A stretch of DNA of 64,000 bases from Acidimicrobiia bacterium (GTDB lineage Bacteria; Actinomycetota; Acidimicrobiia; Acidimicrobiales; JANYDT01): the NCBI GenBank assembly GCA_025359845.1, contig JANYDT010000218.1:10671-74670 (forward strand). The letters are read 5' to 3'. Position numbers and translations under genes: made by a program. The notes beneath the pieces were generated by a model. That model saw only the letters and a list, made by a program, of their open reading frames with translations. It was not told where the DNA came from and searched no databases. This document shows positions 61,595-64,000 of this stretch, piece after piece; the first letter of the stretch is position 1; every line of letters begins with the position of its first letter.

Positions 61595-62602
61595 TCAACG
61601 ACTGGCTGTGAGGGCTGCCCCGGCGATCCGTACCGTCTCGCCCGGCTCGATATAGGCCGCGGCGCCCCGCAGCAGCGGCTCGTCGCCCACGAACACATCA
61701 TCGGCGATCGACAATACGAGCGCCGGACCAGTGACCGAGGGCGCCGCACCGACAGTCAGCGCGAACCCATCGGTCGATCGATGGATGGCGCCGGCCCGAC
61801 GGAGGTCGGATTTCGCGTCCGGCTCAAGCACCTCCATCAGTCCCGCCACATCGACGTACTTTGGAGTGAGTCCACCGCGTAGAACATTGTCGGACGGGCC
61901 CATGACTTCGGCCGCGACGCCACCCAGATACGCATGCAGCAACCCCGGTCGCAGCACGAGCGCCTCCCCCGGCGCCAACACAAAGTGTTGGAGCATGACG
62001 GCCACGACGACGCCGGCGTCGGATGGATAGCGCTTTGCCACCGGGTCCAACCACTTCGGACCGCCGGCGGCAACCATCGTCACCAAATCGGCCTGCTCCG
62101 GTTTCGGCAACGTAAGCAGCTGACCGACCACCTGTTGGATCGATTGCGTCTGCACCGCATGCGCCCATGCGGCCAGACCAAACGCTTCGAAATCAGAAGC
62201 GATATCGGAAACCGATCGAAACCCGCACAACGCCTCGAATTCGGTAAGCGCGCAGACCAACTCGGGTTTTCCGTCAGGGTCGCGGTAAGTCCGCTCGGGC
62301 GCGTCGAGTCCGATGCCCAGCGAGTTCTCTCGGGCGTATCCTGCTCGGGCTTGCGCGTCGGACGGATGGGTCTGGATCGAAAGCGGCGATCCGACCGCCA
62401 AGACCTTCAACAAAAAGGGGATGTCGGGAGCCACGTCGTGCAACGTTCCCGGCCCCGGATCGAGCCATGACGGCAGAGCCGGATGGGCGCCCACCCAGAC
62501 CTCGGCGCACGGCTCGTCGGTGGCCTCAAACCCCAACAACGACGGCAAATCGGTGGCGGTGCCCCAGGCGTAATGGGCGATTCGAGGACGAAGAAGCCGC
62601 AT
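61595..62602 (-). CDS. manA: Mannose-6-phosphate isomerase, class I
   Basis: YAWGTATDLPSLLG...AEVWVGAHP...SIQTHP. Confidence 0.75.
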   Translation of the reverse strand: MRLLRPRIAHYAWGTATDLPSLLGFEATDEPCAEVWVGAHPALPSWLDPGPGTLHDVAPDIPFLLKVLAVGSPLSIQTHPSDAQARAGYARENSLGIGLDAPERTYRDPDGKPELVCALTEFEALCGFRSVSDIASDFEAFGLAAWAHAVQTQSIQQVVGQLLTLPKPEQADLVTMVAAGGPKWLDPVAKRYPSDAGVVVAVMLQHFVLAPGEALVLRPGLLHAYLGGVAAEVMGPSDNVLRGGLTPKYVDVAGLMEVLEPDAKSDLRRAGAIHRSTDGFALTVGAAPSVTGPALVLSIADDVFVGDEPLLRGAAAYIEPGETVRIAGAALTASR

Positions 62603-62672
62603 CAGCGGTGCCGCTCGGTCGAAGGGTGGTTGCTGGTCACCCCTTCATCATGGCCTCCGTTAGCGTCGGGGC

Positions 62673-63515
62673 ATGCGAACCCTCATGACCGGACTGGCTT
62701 TTCCCGAAGGACCGCGCTGGCACGAAGACCGATTCTGGTTCAGCGACATGCACGCCGATGAGGTCATCTCGATTGATCCGACCGGCGGTGACCGTCGGGT
62801 CGAAGCCGTCGTCGACCATCAGCCCAGCGGACTCGGTTGGCTGCCCGACGGCCGCCTCCTGATCGTGTCGATGACCGATCGGCGGGTGTTGCGCCGCGAG
62901 GCCGATGGCCGGCTCGTAGAACACGCCAATCTTTGGGCCCTCGCTCCGTTTCACTGCAATGACGCCGTCGTCGACGCCCACGGCCGCATGTACGTCGGCA
63001 ATTTCGGATTCGACCTCCACGGAAACAACCCGTTGGCCACCACCACCAACCTCATCGTCGTGGAACCCGACGGCAAGGCGCGGGTGGCCGCCGAAGATCT
63101 GGCGTTTCCCAACGGCACCGTTATCAGCCCTGACGGCACCACGCTGATCGTGGGCGAAAGCGGAGCCGGACGACTCACCGCGTTCGCCGTCGACGCCAAC
63201 GGTGACCTCTCGCATCGTCGGGTGTGGGCCCAGCTGCCAGAAGGATGCGTGCCCGACGGTATCTGCCTCGACGCCTCAGGGGCGATTTGGTCGGCTTGCC
63301 CCCGGTGCAACCGGGTCTTGCGGGTCGCCGAGGGTGGCACGGTATTGGATGACCGACAGGTGGCCGAGGGCGACCAGGCCTACGCCTGCATGCTTGGCGG
63401 AACGACCCTGTACGTTTGTGCGGCGTCGTCGTCACGTCGCGAAGAGTGTAGAGATACCCGCTCAGGCTCGATCGTGGTCTTCGACGTCGCGGTGGCCGGA
63501 GCGGGCCGACCCTAG
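62673..63515 (+). CDS. SMP-30/gluconolactonase/LRE-family beta-propeller protein
   Basis: LAFPEGPRWHEDRFWFSD, FPNGTVISPDG, PDGICLD. Confidence 0.75.
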   Translation: MRTLMTGLAFPEGPRWHEDRFWFSDMHADEVISIDPTGGDRRVEAVVDHQPSGLGWLPDGRLLIVSMTDRRVLRREADGRLVEHANLWALAPFHCNDAVVDAHGRMYVGNFGFDLHGNNPLATTTNLIVVEPDGKARVAAEDLAFPNGTVISPDGTTLIVGESGAGRLTAFAVDANGDLSHRRVWAQLPEGCVPDGICLDASGAIWSACPRCNRVLRVAEGGTVLDDRQVAEGDQAYACMLGGTTLYVCAASSSRREECRDTRSGSIVVFDVAVAGAGRP

Positions 63516-63614
63516 GCCTAAGTAACCCTGGGTAGGTCGGCGCGGTAATGCCGGCCGGGAGGGAGCTGCCGGTCCGGCTTGGTGGGTTATCGGTCCGACG
63601 CGCCATGATGGCGT

Positions 63615-64000
63615 ATGGCCGTAGAACGATTCCCAGTGGAAGCCACACACATCATGATGTTTGCAAGGTCGGTGGCCGACCCCAACCCCATCTATTCCGA
63701 TGCCGAATATGCGGCGACGACCGAGGTCGGGCGCATCATCGCCCCTCCGACCTTCGCCCAAGCTTCGGCCCAATTCGACCCCGACTACGTGCTGCGCCCC
63801 AAATCCGGGGAGGTGTGGTTCGGTTCAGGCAAAGAGCCGACCGGCATCAAGCGGGACGCGAGTGGGGGCAGTGGCGGCGGTGGCAACGGTGGCGGACTGC
63901 ACGCCGAGCAACACTTCGAGTATCACCGCCACCTCACGCCCGGCGATGTGCTGACCGCCACCAACCTTCCAGGCAAAGCCTGGGAGAAGGAAGGCAAGCG
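63615..64000 (+). CDS. MaoC-like/FAS1-like dehydratase N-terminal domain protein (3' end outside window)
   Basis: Not in the ORF track because it runs off the window. ATG 63615, MAVERFPVEATHIMMFARSVADPNPIYSD...HAEQHFEYHRHLTPGDVL. Confidence 0.6.
   Translation, partial: MAVERFPVEATHIMMFARSVADPNPIYSDAEYAATTEVGRIIAPPTFAQASAQFDPDYVLRPKSGEVWFGSGKEPTGIKRDASGGSGGGGNGGGLHAEQHFEYHRHLTPGDVLTATNLPGKAWEKEGK

Noticed and set aside
60810-61655. 281-aa Pro/Arg/His-rich ORF
   Set aside because: It is an alternative frame of the PKD-like gene, created by the extreme C-richness of the plus strand. The 60853 frame has a signal peptide, a Shine-Dalgarno and a PKD-like motif.

Overview
High-G+C, densely coding chromosomal segment of actinobacterial type (mshA for mycothiol, a rex-hemA-hemC-hemD block, mycofactocin genes, cysD-cysN-cysC, proC). 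I recognise about 65 protein-coding genes on both strands. I see no rRNA, tRNA, CRISPR array, transposase, integrase or phage genes. Content from left to right: an ECF sigma/VOC pair; TetR plus a DrrAB-like ABC-2 efflux pair; a split mycofactocin locus (mftB-mftC at 7.8-9.2 kb, mftA and mftF head-to-head at 20.9-22.5 kb) with an 11.7-kb block of ABC-exporter and acyl-CoA-metabolism genes in between; heme biosynthesis with Rex; further CoA-ligase, CoA-transferase and thiolase genes; the mshA neighbourhood with an RsiG-like c-di-GMP anti-sigma candidate; sulfate activation; secreted peptidases (S41, S8, YpfJ-type); a GGDEF-EAL protein; and a compositionally odd two-gene secreted-protein islet at 59.9-61.6 kb. 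Most noteworthy observations: (1) an ArsC-family gene whose only interruption is a UGA exactly at the catalytic-Cys position, followed at once by a stem-loop (candidate selenoprotein); (2) the rearranged mycofactocin locus, with no mftD or mftE in the window and a degenerate mftA-like mini-ORF still in front of mftB; (3) an in-frame TAG splitting an ECF sigma factor; (4) an RsiG-like protein carrying the published c-di-GMP-binding motif; (5) a 143-codon stretch with no G-ending codons other than TGG; (6) recurring Cys-x5-Cys mini-loops flanked by poly-Thr/Ser in two secreted proteins; (7) many short tandem duplications at gene boundaries. All function calls rest on my reading of the translated ORFs and on remembered family motifs, because no database search was possible. 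Coordinates of non-ORF features may be off by 1-2 nt.
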